DNA of 64,000 nucleotides from Thermoplasmatota archaeon (lineage in GTDB: Archaea; Thermoplasmatota; JAKEGO01): assembly GCA_028279595.1 (NCBI GenBank), contig JANQNK010000007.1, positions 25,214 through 89,213 of the forward strand. Reading direction: 5' to 3'. The translations under genes and the position numbers were made by a program. Of this stretch, positions 17,987 through 28,286 are shown piece by piece. Each line of letters starts with the position of its first letter. Position 1 is the first letter of the stretch. The notes below the pieces were generated by a model, which did no database searches, had not been told where the DNA came from, and worked only from the letters and a program-made list of their open reading frames with translations.

Positions 17987-20900
17987 ATGAACAGCAGAAA
18001 TGTGCTGAAAGCGGGCTTGCTGCTCGGCTTGGCGGCGATCATCCTGATCGCATTCATGCCTGTCGTGAGCGGTGAGCAGGTCGAGGTGTACGGACGCATG
18101 AAGGACGAGTCCAACGCGATGATCGTTGGCGCGTCCATAACGGCTTACAATGTCGGCACCGAGACCGAGTACGAGACAACCTCCACCGACAACGGTGGTT
18201 CCTTCGAGATGATGGTACCCGAGGGCGGGTATGTCTTCACTTTCTCGAAATACGAGTACAGTACGGAGTTCGCTTGGTTCGAGGTCGAGGGCGACGACGA
18301 GGACGAGATGGGCCTGGGCGTCTTCTACCTGACGGACCTCGAGCCCGACACGACGTTCGAGGGATGGATCAACGATTCCTCCACTGGCGAGGGCGAGAAG
18401 AACGTCGAGGTATGGATAACCTATCCGGACCACGATTACTCCACCGAGAGGATCGAGACCAACAAGACCGGATGGTTCTCCCTCGAGTTCGACAGCGCCG
18501 AGGAGACGTGGCTCGTCTGGGACAAGATGGGCTTCACCTTCAACACCACCGAGATCATGGCTCCATACAACGTGACGGAGTTCGACATCACGGCCATCGA
18601 GGAGGATGACTACCACACCGTCGAGGGTGATATCGTGGACTCGTCCGACATGGACGACATCGAGGGCGCGAGGATAACGCTCTGGAACAACGACATGTCC
18701 CTTTGGAACGACGAGGACTACGAAGTGATGACCGGCCTCACCGACGATCACGGATACAGGGGATTCGAGGTCCTCGAGGGCACGTACACACTACTGGTCG
18801 AGGCGGACGGTTACGAGGATTACATCGACACCAACTTCAATGTGCCGAACGACAGGGCCTTCGGCCCCGGCGACACGAACCCGCTCGCGCTGGTTCCGTC
18901 AGAGGACGGCAATGCGTCCATCAGCATAGAACTCAGGATGCTCTGGAACGCCACGGTCATCGTGACCGAGGACATCAACGACGACCAGGACGTCTGGGAC
19001 CACAACTGGGACTTCATGCTCTACGACCTGTGGGTGGACCACGGCTACGGCCGCGTCGGACCCAACTCGATCACCGGTGCGACCCTCGGCGACAGCGACC
19101 TCACAGCGAGCGAGATGGTCCTCGTCGAGGACCTGTACACCTACGCAGGCGTTCCGGCGATGTACAAGGACCTCATCACGATCGTCGCCAACGGCACCCA
19201 CATCGAGTACGAGAGCGAGCTCGACTCCTCCGAGATAAACACCACTGACTGGTGGATGTCCTGGACCATGAGCTTCACCAGGATGGATGGCTTCGAGGAG
19301 GTCATGCTCCGCTTCAAGACGGCCGTCACCCATGACACCGACCTCGATTACACATACACGTACGACCTACCTCCAGGCTGGTATCCCGTGACCAACGACA
19401 CCGTCGAGGACCTGATGGTCACGTTCTCGGCGAACGGCTTCGAGATCGATCCGGACATGTCGGAAACGATGGAATCGGTCATGACGTGGGTGGACGTGAC
19501 CAACGACGACGGCGATCCCATGGCCGACTTCTCGATCACGAACTTCGAGGAGGAAGGCTCCGACATGACAGTGGACGAGGGCGTGCACGTGAAGTTCAAC
19601 GCCACGGCATCCATGGACACGGGTACATACCAGAGCGGCATTGTCGAGTACAAGTGGGACTTCGGCAACGGCGAGATGGTCAACACCTCGAGCGAGAAGA
19701 TCGATTACAAGTACGACATACCCGGCGTATACACAGTCACACTGACCGTTGTGGACGAAGCGGATAAGATGAGCGCTCCGGACGTCTACGCACTGGAGAT
19801 CAACGACGTGAGCGACCCGGAGGTCGAGATCATCCCGCCGTGGGCACCCTGGGAGGTCAACCTGACCGACGCCATGGGAGTCAATGAGGACATCACGGCG
19901 AACATCACCGACCCAGAGGGCGTGACCATGTTCTACGACATCACGGTCACTATCAAGCCGGCCGGCAGCCTCGAGGAGGACTGGACGTGGATGTACTACA
20001 ACGACACCATGGCCTATGGCGGCAACCTGACCTTCGTCTTCAACTACACCTTCGTCGACCCGGGCAACTACACGATCGTCGTGAACGCGACAGACGACTC
20101 GGACAACTGGGGCAAGGGCTCGGACGGCCTCACGGTCGTCGACTTCGTTGCGCCGATCCCGAACTTCATAGCCCAGAACAAGTCGCTCGGGATGCAGGAC
20201 TTCGACATGCTCATGGAGAACGAGGAGATAATCTTCAACGCGTCCATCGACACCTACATGATGGACAACACGACGTACTACCTCACCATCGAGAATGACA
20301 GGATCCTCAACTGCATGTGGGACTTCGGCGACGGGACCTACGACAACGAGACCGGCGACGACTCCGACGGCTCCGAGGACAACTCGATCGTGAGCCATGT
20401 CTACCACGAGCCCGGCGACTTCACGGTCACGGTGACCGTCAAGGACAACTGGAAGAACGAGGCGACCGTCTCGATGAACGTCTCCGTTACCGACACCACG
20501 GACCCGGATGCGAAGTTCACCATCCAGGTCTGGAACGAGGAAGCGGAGAAGTGGAAGGACGGGACCCACGTCGACGAGGACGACGGCAGGATCATGTTCA
20601 ACGCGAGCACGTCCACCGACACGAGCGACATGATCAGGTTCTACAACTGGTCGTGGGGCTCGGAGGCGAAGCCCAACAACTTCGACAACGGAACGACCAC
20701 CGAATTCGAGGCTTCCTTCAACATCTCCGGAACCTACAACATCACCCTGCTCGTCTGGGACTACGCGAACCACTCCTCCGAGATAACGAAGACCTTCACC
20801 GTCGTGGCAGGCGAGAAGCCCGACCTCATCGCGTCCCTTGAGCTCTCTGAGAAGCGCGTCAAGAAGGGCGACAAGGTCAAGGCGATGATCGAGCTCAAGA

Positions 20901-21334
20901 ACGTGGGCGATGGCGACGTGGGCAATACGACCGACATCATCATCGAGCTTTACGAGGGCGACAGGAAGGTCAAGACCTACACGCACACCGGAGGCCTGCC
21001 CGCTGACGTCGACGACGTCGAATACATCAACCTCTCGTGGAAGCCCGGCAGGGGAACGCACGACATCAAGGTCGTCGTCGACCCCGAGGTCAACGAGGAT
21101 GATGAGATCGAGGGAGCCATAGACGAGCTGAAGACACAGGGCGGCGGAGAGGACAACAACGAGGCGAAGACATCCCTCGTCGTCGAGAAGCAGGAAGAGG
21201 ACGACATCACGATGTACCTCGCGATAACCGCGGTGGTCATCCTCGGCATCGTCGTTCTCCTGATCCGCAAGAAGCGCCAGGACAAGAAGCTCGAGGAGAA
21301 GCTCGTCGGCAAGTCGAAGAAGTCCAAGAAGTAG
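17987..21334 (+). CDS. Large acidic surface glycoprotein (carboxypeptidase-regulatory-like, PKD and CARDB domains, C-terminal TM anchor); candidate major envelope protein
   Basis: Signal peptide; WDFGNG/WDFGDG PKD motifs; many N-x-S/T sequons; C-terminal TM helix and basic tail; very strong C/G-ending codon bias. Confidence 0.85.
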   Translation: MNSRNVLKAGLLLGLAAIILIAFMPVVSGEQVEVYGRMKDESNAMIVGASITAYNVGTETEYETTSTDNGGSFEMMVPEGGYVFTFSKYEYSTEFAWFEVEGDDEDEMGLGVFYLTDLEPDTTFEGWINDSSTGEGEKNVEVWITYPDHDYSTERIETNKTGWFSLEFDSAEETWLVWDKMGFTFNTTEIMAPYNVTEFDITAIEEDDYHTVEGDIVDSSDMDDIEGARITLWNNDMSLWNDEDYEVMTGLTDDHGYRGFEVLEGTYTLLVEADGYEDYIDTNFNVPNDRAFGPGDTNPLALVPSEDGNASISIELRMLWNATVIVTEDINDDQDVWDHNWDFMLYDLWVDHGYGRVGPNSITGATLGDSDLTASEMVLVEDLYTYAGVPAMYKDLITIVANGTHIEYESELDSSEINTTDWWMSWTMSFTRMDGFEEVMLRFKTAVTHDTDLDYTYTYDLPPGWYPVTNDTVEDLMVTFSANGFEIDPDMSETMESVMTWVDVTNDDGDPMADFSITNFEEEGSDMTVDEGVHVKFNATASMDTGTYQSGIVEYKWDFGNGEMVNTSSEKIDYKYDIPGVYTVTLTVVDEADKMSAPDVYALEINDVSDPEVEIIPPWAPWEVNLTDAMGVNEDITANITDPEGVTMFYDITVTIKPAGSLEEDWTWMYYNDTMAYGGNLTFVFNYTFVDPGNYTIVVNATDDSDNWGKGSDGLTVVDFVAPIPNFIAQNKSLGMQDFDMLMENEEIIFNASIDTYMMDNTTYYLTIENDRILNCMWDFGDGTYDNETGDDSDGSEDNSIVSHVYHEPGDFTVTVTVKDNWKNEATVSMNVSVTDTTDPDAKFTIQVWNEEAEKWKDGTHVDEDDGRIMFNASTSTDTSDMIRFYNWSWGSEAKPNNFDNGTTTEFEASFNISGTYNITLLVWDYANHSSEITKTFTVVAGEKPDLIASLELSEKRVKKGDKVKAMIELKNVGDGDVGNTTDIIIELYEGDRKVKTYTHTGGLPADVDDVEYINLSWKPGRGTHDIKVVVDPEVNEDDEIEGAIDELKTQGGGEDNNEAKTSLVVEKQEEDDITMYLAITAVVILGIVVLLIRKKRQDKKLEEKLVGKSKKSKK

Positions 21335-21355
21335 ACACGGCACTTCAACAAGGAC

Positions 21356-21410
21356 GAGAGGGACACGATCCCTCTCACCCCCCCTTTTTTCCCCATTTTC
21401 ATTTTCCCTT
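21356..21410 (+). terminator. Hairpin plus pyrimidine/T-rich terminator
   Basis: GAGAGGGA-cacga-TCCCTCTC followed by CCCCCTTTTTTCCCCATTTTCATTTT immediately after the stop codon. Confidence 0.65.
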
Positions 21411-21535
21411 ATCGGCGAGTCTGCTCATACCTGGTTCCTTTTGAAGACCACATTGGTTTAATTCACAGGCGGCGACCTGATCATCAACAGCCTCGCGGCT
21501 GGGGAATGATGTTACCGATAATCCTCGGGTCGGGA

Positions 21536-21847
21536 TCAGTCCTGGGGTGTCTCGACCTCCTCGACGATCCTTCCGGCGGACACGCTGTCGACGGAATGTA
21601 TCGAGCCGCCGAGGCCTTCTATCACCGCACGCACGGCGTCGAAGTCTATCTTCCACCCCTCGAGGGTTATCTTGATCGTCTCGGTGTCCTGGTCCACCTC
21701 GTATAGGGTGCAGTTGACGCCGGACGTCCCCTTCAGGGTGTTCAGCTTCTTCGCGTACTCGATGATGCCCGGCTTGTGGGGCTTCATCACGTCCAGCACG
21801 AGCTGGACGATGTTCCCGTCGTTCCCGCCTTCGAACACTCTGCTCAC
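21536..21847 (-). CDS. DUF211-family protein
   Basis: LVLDVMKPH, EVDQDTETIKITLEG and GGSIHSVDSVSAG match the archaeal DUF211 pattern. Confidence 0.85.
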   Translation of the reverse strand: MSRVFEGGNDGNIVQLVLDVMKPHKPGIIEYAKKLNTLKGTSGVNCTLYEVDQDTETIKITLEGWKIDFDAVRAVIEGLGGSIHSVDSVSAGRIVEEVETPQD

Positions 21848-21896
21848 GCTGAGCGATTGCCCTGCATCTTAAATAACGTTTTCGGAGCGAGCCGGT

Positions 21897-22697
21897 TCAG
21901 AAGAACAGTATCGAGGCCCAGAGTACCGCTGCGAGGCCGAAGCAGTAGTACGCGAAGTAGTGGAACTTGTCGGCGAGGACCATCCTGTATAGGGTCTTCA
22001 GCGTCAGGTATCCCACGGTCAGGGCGGCGAGGAAGCCCGCTGCCGCCGGAACGGGATCTATCTGCGTATCACCGTTGGCGGCCCTGACCAGCTGGAAGAG
22101 GCCTGCTGCGAGGATCGCCGGTACGGCCATGAGGAATGAGAACTCGGCGGCGTGCTGACGGGTGAGTCCTGCGTAAAGCCCTCCCGATATGGTCATTCCG
22201 GACCGTGAGATCCCCGGGAACAGCGCGAAGGCCTGGGCGAAACCGATGGATATCGCCGTCCTGTTGCTCGGATCCCTTGCCTTCCCCCTCATGTGGGCGG
22301 TGAAGAGAAGGACGGCGCCCGTGATCACGAGGGCCATGGCGACGAAAGGCACCGACTCGAAGGACCCGACGACGTAGGACTCCAGCAACAGTCCGAGGAA
22401 GATGATCGGCAGCGTCGCGAGGATCACATGCCACCCGAATGTCGCGTCGGGGGAGTCCGCGAGCCTGATCTCGCCCTTGAGGGCCTTGAAGGTGGCCCTC
22501 GCGATGGTGGATATGCGTTTACGCATGAAAAGGAGGACCGATGTCATGGTCCCGAGGTGGAGGATGGTGTCGAAGAGGATGGGGTTCTCCACACCGTAGA
22601 GGTCCTGGCCGATGACGAGGTGGCCAGAGCTGCTCACGGGAAGCCATTCGGTGAGGCCCTGGATGATCCCGAGAACCACCGCCACCACTACGTCCAT
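21897..22697 (-). CDS. uppP: Undecaprenyl/polyprenyl-diphosphate phosphatase (BacA family)
   Basis: QGLTEWLPVSSSGHL and PGISRSGMTI motifs; multiple TM helices. Confidence 0.93.
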   Translation of the reverse strand: MDVVVAVVLGIIQGLTEWLPVSSSGHLVIGQDLYGVENPILFDTILHLGTMTSVLLFMRKRISTIARATFKALKGEIRLADSPDATFGWHVILATLPIIFLGLLLESYVVGSFESVPFVAMALVITGAVLLFTAHMRGKARDPSNRTAISIGFAQAFALFPGISRSGMTISGGLYAGLTRQHAAEFSFLMAVPAILAAGLFQLVRAANGDTQIDPVPAAAGFLAALTVGYLTLKTLYRMVLADKFHYFAYYCFGLAAVLWASILFF

Positions 22698-22743
22698 GAC
22701 GGTTGAACGATATCGTAACTATTAGACCTTTGCATGGAACGGA

Positions 22744-23397
22744 TCATCTGTTGTGCAGATGCGTGGGCTCGTTGCCACCGGTGATGTCGGTGATGTTCAT
22801 GAAGTCGTACTCTATCCCCATCGTCACACGGGTGGGAAGGACCGTGAGGAGTATGGGGACGGCCTGAACCTCGTTCACCAGGGAGTCGCATATCCTGACG
22901 AGGGTCTTCATGATCTCCATCACGGAACGGCCCATGAACATGTCGTTCGTTCCGCCCATGACGACGCAGAAGTCGAGGGAATTGGGGACTATCTCCCTGC
23001 CTCGCTCGAACATCCCGAGGGTCGTGTCGCCCGCCATCCCGAGATTGACGACGGTCACCCCGGACATGCGGAGGTAGTCGGGATACGCCTTGAACGAAGC
23101 GCCGACGACCGATCGCGGGGTCGACCGGAGAGAGAACGGATAGCCCTCCGTGAGGCTGTCGCCGAGGCAGCCGACGGTCGTCCCCGGTACGAGCATGGGG
23201 CGCAGGGAATCTCGGACGAACTCACCGAGGACGCGGTATCCCTCGATGTTTAGATGGGCCCCGTCGCCGTAGTCGTAGATGGTCTTGAGGCTGTCGTTCG
23301 TGTCGGCGAAGAGGGGATAGGGATCGAGGAGAAGGATGTCCATCTCATCCGCAATGTGCTCTATCCCGGAGTTGAGCTGCAGTATCAGTTCCCGCAT
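22744..23397 (-). CDS. SGNH/GDSL hydrolase, circularly permuted
   Basis: All four blocks are present (GDSLT, NLGMAG, GGTND, DGAH), but DGAH lies N-terminal to GDSL. Start uncertain (23397-23415). Confidence 0.8.
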   Translation of the reverse strand: MRELILQLNSGIEHIADEMDILLLDPYPLFADTNDSLKTIYDYGDGAHLNIEGYRVLGEFVRDSLRPMLVPGTTVGCLGDSLTEGYPFSLRSTPRSVVGASFKAYPDYLRMSGVTVVNLGMAGDTTLGMFERGREIVPNSLDFCVVMGGTNDMFMGRSVMEIMKTLVRICDSLVNEVQAVPILLTVLPTRVTMGIEYDFMNITDITGGNEPTHLHNR

Positions 23398-23779
23398 CGA
23401 CGAGTGCATCGGCAAGGCCCTATTTTACACTTCCCGAACATGCCTCTGGACGGTCCAACTCACATTGACAGGGAATGGGCATGGGTTTGAGGGAGAACGT
23501 CCGCATTAACAGTATCGAGAGGGCCCGGAACCCACCATGGGGAGTCAAATATATCGAGAAATTTCTGCGAAAGGCCAGCGTCCATCGGATTCTGGGGAAA
23601 TCCCTGGAAAAATAGGTGTCGGTCCCGGTGGGATATCAGGCCGGCGATATCCATCGGAATCATCGTGATTTCGGTCCCCTGGACCTCGTTGGACGGCCTC
23701 CGGATTAACAAAACATATATGTAGTGATTAACACATTGAGTTGCGGTCATTTCGGAATCCACTTGTGAGGGTTGGTATC

Positions 23780-24808
23780 ATGCCGGAAGAGGAGAAGAAG
23801 GCGGAAGTGAAGAAGGAAGAAGCACCGAAGGATTCGAAGGAGGAGAAGGACCCCAAGTCGAGTTCCTCGGTGGAGAAGTTCGAGAAGATCCTCGAGAAGA
23901 GAAAGAAGAAGCCCGAGGATCTGAAGAAGGAGGCAAAGGAGGAAGCTCCCGCCGCCCCCGAGAAGAAGGAGGAGAAGAAACCGGAACCCGCCCCCGCGGC
24001 GAAACCGGCACCGACACCCTCGTCCTCTCTCGGAGTCTACGACCCCAAGGAGGTCGCGGTATCCCTCGACAACATGAAGAAGGAGCAGGCGAGGATCGCT
24101 AACATCCTCACGACTCTCCTCGGCGACTTCGAGGAGGAGAAGAAGAAGGGTGCCATCCTCGACGACCGGCTCAACTCACTTTTAAAGAAGGACGAGAAGC
24201 AGGAGAGCCTGCTCTCGGCCGTCGACAACAAGCTCTCGCAGGTGCTAGAGAGGGAGAGGGCGGAGCAGGAGCGGATAGAGAGGCTCTCGCAGCTCAGGCG
24301 CCTCGAGGAGGACGAACTGAGCGACAGTCTTGCCGAACTCTCCGAGATCTACGAGATGACCCAGAAGAAGCTTGCCGTGGCAAGGGAGGACATGGCCCTT
24401 GTGAAGGAGAAGCTGAAGAGCCTCCTCGACGTCCAGAAGATCGACGAGGAGAAGAAGCTCATCGGACTTACCAGGGCGCACGAGCTCACGCAGCAGCGCC
24501 TCGAGGCACTCGATGACCTTACCAAGCTCAAGGACCCCTCCGAGAAGGAGAAGTCCCTCGTGCTCATGCTGAAGAAGGGGCGCGAGGAGCTCGAGCGTGA
24601 GCTCGAGGGCGAGATAGCCGGTGACCCGGTCAAGCTCGCGGCACTCCTGAGGAGGGAGAAATCGAAGGGCGCCCTGCCGGCGGGCGCCTCGGCTGCCAAG
24701 CCGATCAACTGCCCGGTATGTCACACCAAGTTCGAGGTCACCTCGAACGAGCGGCCGCTGAAGATCCAGTGTCCGAGCTGTGGCGCGGTGGGAATCCTCA
24801 AGAAGTGA
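23780..24808 (+). CDS. Coiled-coil protein with C-terminal zinc ribbon
   Basis: K/E/P-rich N-terminus, long heptad region, CPVC...CPSCG at the C-terminus. Confidence 0.8.
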   Translation: MPEEEKKAEVKKEEAPKDSKEEKDPKSSSSVEKFEKILEKRKKKPEDLKKEAKEEAPAAPEKKEEKKPEPAPAAKPAPTPSSSLGVYDPKEVAVSLDNMKKEQARIANILTTLLGDFEEEKKKGAILDDRLNSLLKKDEKQESLLSAVDNKLSQVLERERAEQERIERLSQLRRLEEDELSDSLAELSEIYEMTQKKLAVAREDMALVKEKLKSLLDVQKIDEEKKLIGLTRAHELTQQRLEALDDLTKLKDPSEKEKSLVLMLKKGREELERELEGEIAGDPVKLAALLRREKSKGALPAGASAAKPINCPVCHTKFEVTSNERPLKIQCPSCGAVGILKK

Positions 24809-24821
24809 TGCGGGTGGCTCA

Positions 24822-25730
24822 ATGGCTGAGGTGAAGGGAAAGAAGAGGGATCTGTCCGGACTGACCCTGGAGCAGAAGCTAACTCTCATTCATGGCAGGT
24901 CCGACGGCAGGCTCGAGTCCCTGAAGGAGATCAACTGGAAGCTCGGGCAGTACCTGGAGGACAGGACCAACGTCCAGCCCGACATCCAGAGGCTCATGGA
25001 GCTCAAGAAGATCGGTACCAACCTCGGCGTCCAGGAGATCGAGTCCTGGCGCAAGAGGAAGGAGCTCGAGAGGGGAAAGGTCCCGAGGCCGATGAAGAGG
25101 AAGGACCTGCCCAAGGACCCGGTGGAGCTCAAGCAGCTCTACAACGAGATCTCCAAGCGTTACAAGGGTTACGAACAGGACCTCAAGCCCATAGGCAAGA
25201 AGCTTACCGAGGTCCTCTCGGAGGAGCTGCAGGACGAGTCCAAGGACCTGTGGCACCGGTCCAAGAAGCATGCGGTCACGCTCAAGGAGATGAACAAGCT
25301 CGAGGACTCTAGCAATCTCAAGGCGATCAACGAGGAGGAGACGAAGCTCCTGAACATCATCATGGGCAGGGAGGAGCCGAAGCCCGTCGTAAGGGCGGCC
25401 CCCAAGAAGAGGAAGAAGAAGGCCGTCGAGATCCCCCCTCCGAAACTGACCAAATACTACGGTATGATGGGAGGCGGAGGTGCGGCCCTCGGGTTCGGTG
25501 TGGCGATGTTCGTCTACTTCGTCATGATGGAGGGCGCCGAGATAGCGGCCCTGTTCTTCGCGATACTGGGAATAGCTCTCGTACTGGCCCCCATGATCGT
25601 GGGAGTAATTCTCATAGCCGTTGGAGCGCTGCAACGATCGAAGGCGTTGTCCGACTACGCCGAGGCCAAACGGCGTGCTCAGGCCGGTTCGGAGGAGGAG
25701 GAGGAAGCGGAGCCAGAGGGCAAGGAATAG
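24822..25730 (+). CDS. Helical/coiled-coil protein with two C-terminal TM helices
   Basis: Charged helical body and two hydrophobic segments near the C-terminus; starts 13 bp after the previous gene. Confidence 0.75.
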   Translation: MAEVKGKKRDLSGLTLEQKLTLIHGRSDGRLESLKEINWKLGQYLEDRTNVQPDIQRLMELKKIGTNLGVQEIESWRKRKELERGKVPRPMKRKDLPKDPVELKQLYNEISKRYKGYEQDLKPIGKKLTEVLSEELQDESKDLWHRSKKHAVTLKEMNKLEDSSNLKAINEEETKLLNIIMGREEPKPVVRAAPKKRKKKAVEIPPPKLTKYYGMMGGGGAALGFGVAMFVYFVMMEGAEIAALFFAILGIALVLAPMIVGVILIAVGALQRSKALSDYAEAKRRAQAGSEEEEEAEPEGKE

Positions 25731-25800
25731 TGCCTTGACCGGAATGCTTCCTGGAAACGTTTGTGATAAAGTCTTTATAAGTAGACACCTCATGGACGGA

Positions 25801-27798
25801 ATGGTGGACATGGGTCCCGACGAGATGACAGACGAACTGCCCGCTGTCGAGGAGTGGGTCCGGGGTCTCGACATCGAGACGACCGGTGAGATCGACGTTC
25901 CAGAGATGACCGTCGATCAGGTCATCGGACAGGAGGACGGGGTCGATGTCATCCGAAAGGCCGCTGCGCAGAGGCGTCATGTTCTTCTGATAGGCGATCC
26001 CGGCACAGGGAAGTCCATGCTCGGCCAGGCGATGTCGGAACTCCTTCCGAACAGGGAACTGGAGGACATACTCGCGTATCCGAACCAGGAGGACCCGAAC
26101 GAGCCGAAGATAAGGGTCGTTCCGGCTGGGAAGGGCCGACAGATAGTGAAGGCCCAGAAAACCGAGGCCCGCCTCTTCCGCGAGCAGAAGGCAAAGATGA
26201 AATGGTTCCTCATCATCCTGATAATCGGCCTGGGACTGCTCCTCTTCATTCTCTACAACAATCCATACCTCATGCTGTTCTCGTTCCTGATCGTGGTGCT
26301 GCTGCTGCTGGCATCGCGAACACCCTACGGTAAACGGGAAGACGACATGGTGCCTAAGTTGCTGGTGTCGCACGAGCCGGAGGACGAACCTCCGTTCGTG
26401 GACGCCACGGGGGCTCACGCAGGGGCCCTTCTGGGGGATGTCAGACACGACCCGTTCCAATCGGGAGGCCTGGAGACCGCACCCCACCTGAGGGTCGAGT
26501 CCGGTGCCATTCACAAGGCGCACAAGGGCGTCCTGTTCGTCGACGAGATCAACCTCCTCAGGATGGAGAGCCAGCAGAGCATCCTGACGGCCATGCAGGA
26601 GAAATCGTTCTCGATCATGGGCCAGAGCGAGCGCTCGGCCGGCGCCATGGTCAAGACCGAGTCGGTACCCTGCGATTTCATACTCATAGCGGCGGGCAAC
26701 ATGGACTCGCTGTATCCCAAGGACCCATTCAAGCAGGGCATGCACCCGGCGCTCAGGTCCCGTATCCGGGGCTACGGCTACGAGATCTACATGCGCACCC
26801 AGATGAAGGACACCGAGGCCAACAGGATGAAGCTCGTCCGCTTCGTCGCCCAGGAGGTCTCGAAGGACGGGAAGATCCCGCACTTCAGCAGGACGGCCCT
26901 GGCCGCCCTCCTCAAGGACGCTCAGAGGCGTTCGGGGAAGAAGGGCCATCTTACGCTCAGGCTGAGGGAGCTCGGCGGTCTGATCAGGACCGCGGGTGAC
27001 CTTGCGAGGGAGCGGGACTCGAAGGTGGTCACGGCGAAGCATGTGCACGATGCCAGACTCTTCGCGAAGACCCTGGAACAGCAGATCCACGACCGCTCCG
27101 TGGAGGAGCTCTCCATCTACAAGACCTTCGACCGCGAGGGCATCGCGGTGGGCCGCGTCAACGGCCTGGCCGTGCTGACCGGGGAGGAAGGTGTGAGCGT
27201 CGCCACGGGTCTGGTCCTGCCGCTGGTAGCGGAGGTCACACCTGCAGCTTCGAAGCGCGAGGGCAAGACGATCGCAACGGGACGCCTCGGCGAGATAGCA
27301 AACGAGGCGGTCCAGAACGTCTCCGCCATCATCAAGAAGGAGACTGGCGAGAACATCTCCAATTTCGACATCCACATCCAGTTCATCAACACCTACAGCG
27401 GCGTGGAGGGCGATTCGGCCTCCATTTCCGTCGCCACCGCGGTTATCTCCTCGTTCGAGGGGCTCCCCGTGGACCAGTCGGTCGCCATGACCGGTTCTTT
27501 GAGCGTGAAGGGGGATGTACTGCCCGTCGGCGGGATCGCGGCAAAGATAGAGGCCGCAACGACCGCGGGAATGAAGAAGGTCATCATTCCCAAAGCAAAC
27601 ATGGAGGAGGTCTTCCTGGACGACCTCCCCGAGGGGTTCGAGGTCCATCCAGTGGAGAACATCAAGCAGGTCCTGGAGATCGCCCTGGTGGGCGAGAAGC
27701 GTGGCTTACTGCAGCGTCTCAGCGAACTCCTGGACGTCAGGGATGCAGTGAAGAAGGAGATCGGCCGAGGGCCTACTCCGACGTCAGATGGCGCCTGA
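25801..27798 (+). CDS. lonB: Membrane-anchored ATP-dependent protease LonB
   Basis: Walker [11 protein letters not shown] insertion, LFVDEIN, catalytic GDSASIS and downstream Lys (AKIEAA). Start lies at 25792-25810 behind TATA-like TTTATAA. No intein seen. Confidence 0.95.
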   Translation: MVDMGPDEMTDELPAVEEWVRGLDIETTGEIDVPEMTVDQVIGQEDGVDVIRKAAAQRRHVLLIGDPGTGKSMLGQAMSELLPNRELEDILAYPNQEDPNEPKIRVVPAGKGRQIVKAQKTEARLFREQKAKMKWFLIILIIGLGLLLFILYNNPYLMLFSFLIVVLLLLASRTPYGKREDDMVPKLLVSHEPEDEPPFVDATGAHAGALLGDVRHDPFQSGGLETAPHLRVESGAIHKAHKGVLFVDEINLLRMESQQSILTAMQEKSFSIMGQSERSAGAMVKTESVPCDFILIAAGNMDSLYPKDPFKQGMHPALRSRIRGYGYEIYMRTQMKDTEANRMKLVRFVAQEVSKDGKIPHFSRTALAALLKDAQRRSGKKGHLTLRLRELGGLIRTAGDLARERDSKVVTAKHVHDARLFAKTLEQQIHDRSVEELSIYKTFDREGIAVGRVNGLAVLTGEEGVSVATGLVLPLVAEVTPAASKREGKTIATGRLGEIANEAVQNVSAIIKKETGENISNFDIHIQFINTYSGVEGDSASISVATAVISSFEGLPVDQSVAMTGSLSVKGDVLPVGGIAAKIEAATTAGMKKVIIPKANMEEVFLDDLPEGFEVHPVENIKQVLEIALVGEKRGLLQRLSELLDVRDAVKKEIGRGPTPTSDGA

Positions 27799-28183
27799 TC
27801 AGGCCATCCAACACGTTCTCCGGCTGGGCGCCGACCATTCTCTCAACAGGCTGACCGTCCTTGAATATCAATACAGTGGGAATGCTCATAACGGCGAAAC
27901 GGGCGGCAGTCCTCTGGTTCTGGTCGGTGTCGATCTTCAGGAAGGTGACCTGTCCCGAATATTTCTGTGACAGGGATTCGATGACCGGTGACAGCATCTT
28001 GCACGGGCCGCACCAGGGAGCCCAGCAGTCCACGACGACGAGGCCCTCTTCGGGAATGTGCGAGTCGAAGTCCATGTCGGTCACGTCGATCGGACCGGAG
28101 GGTGCGGGGTGCGCCGCTTCGTCCATCATCGCTGCGAGCTTCCTCTCGCGGATCCTCTGGAGCTCATCGTCCTCTTCGGGCAT
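27773..28183 (-). CDS. trxA: Thioredoxin
   Basis: WAPWCGPC active site, SIPT cis-Pro motif, archaeal [13 protein letters not shown]-terminal extension. Confidence 0.95.
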   Translation of the reverse strand: MPEEDDELQRIRERKLAAMMDEAAHPAPSGPIDVTDMDFDSHIPEEGLVVVDCWAPWCGPCKMLSPVIESLSQKYSGQVTFLKIDTDQNQRTAARFAVMSIPTVLIFKDGQPVERMVGAQPENVLDGLIRRHLTSE

Positions 28184-28286
28184 GTAACCGGGAACGAGGC
28201 CACTTCATTATAATCATTGGGCCGAAAGGTTTCGGAATATGGAAGGATTTATATGTCTCCCGCTGTTTCGAGAGGACGGTGTTGAA

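Noticed and set aside
17945-21343. Long antisense ORFs (for example 19367..21343, also 25612..27648 and 59895..61523)
   Set aside because: Shadow ORFs caused by strong C/G third-position bias in the real genes; no recognisable motifs.
21410-21535. Possible box C/D sRNA (UUGAUGA on the minus strand)
   Set aside because: No convincing CUGA D/D' boxes at the proper spacing.
25801-27798. Intein in LonB, or recoding (Sec/Pyl/frameshift) in aRF1 and the oxidoreductases
   Set aside because: Lengths and motifs are continuous; no in-frame stops or splice motifs seen.
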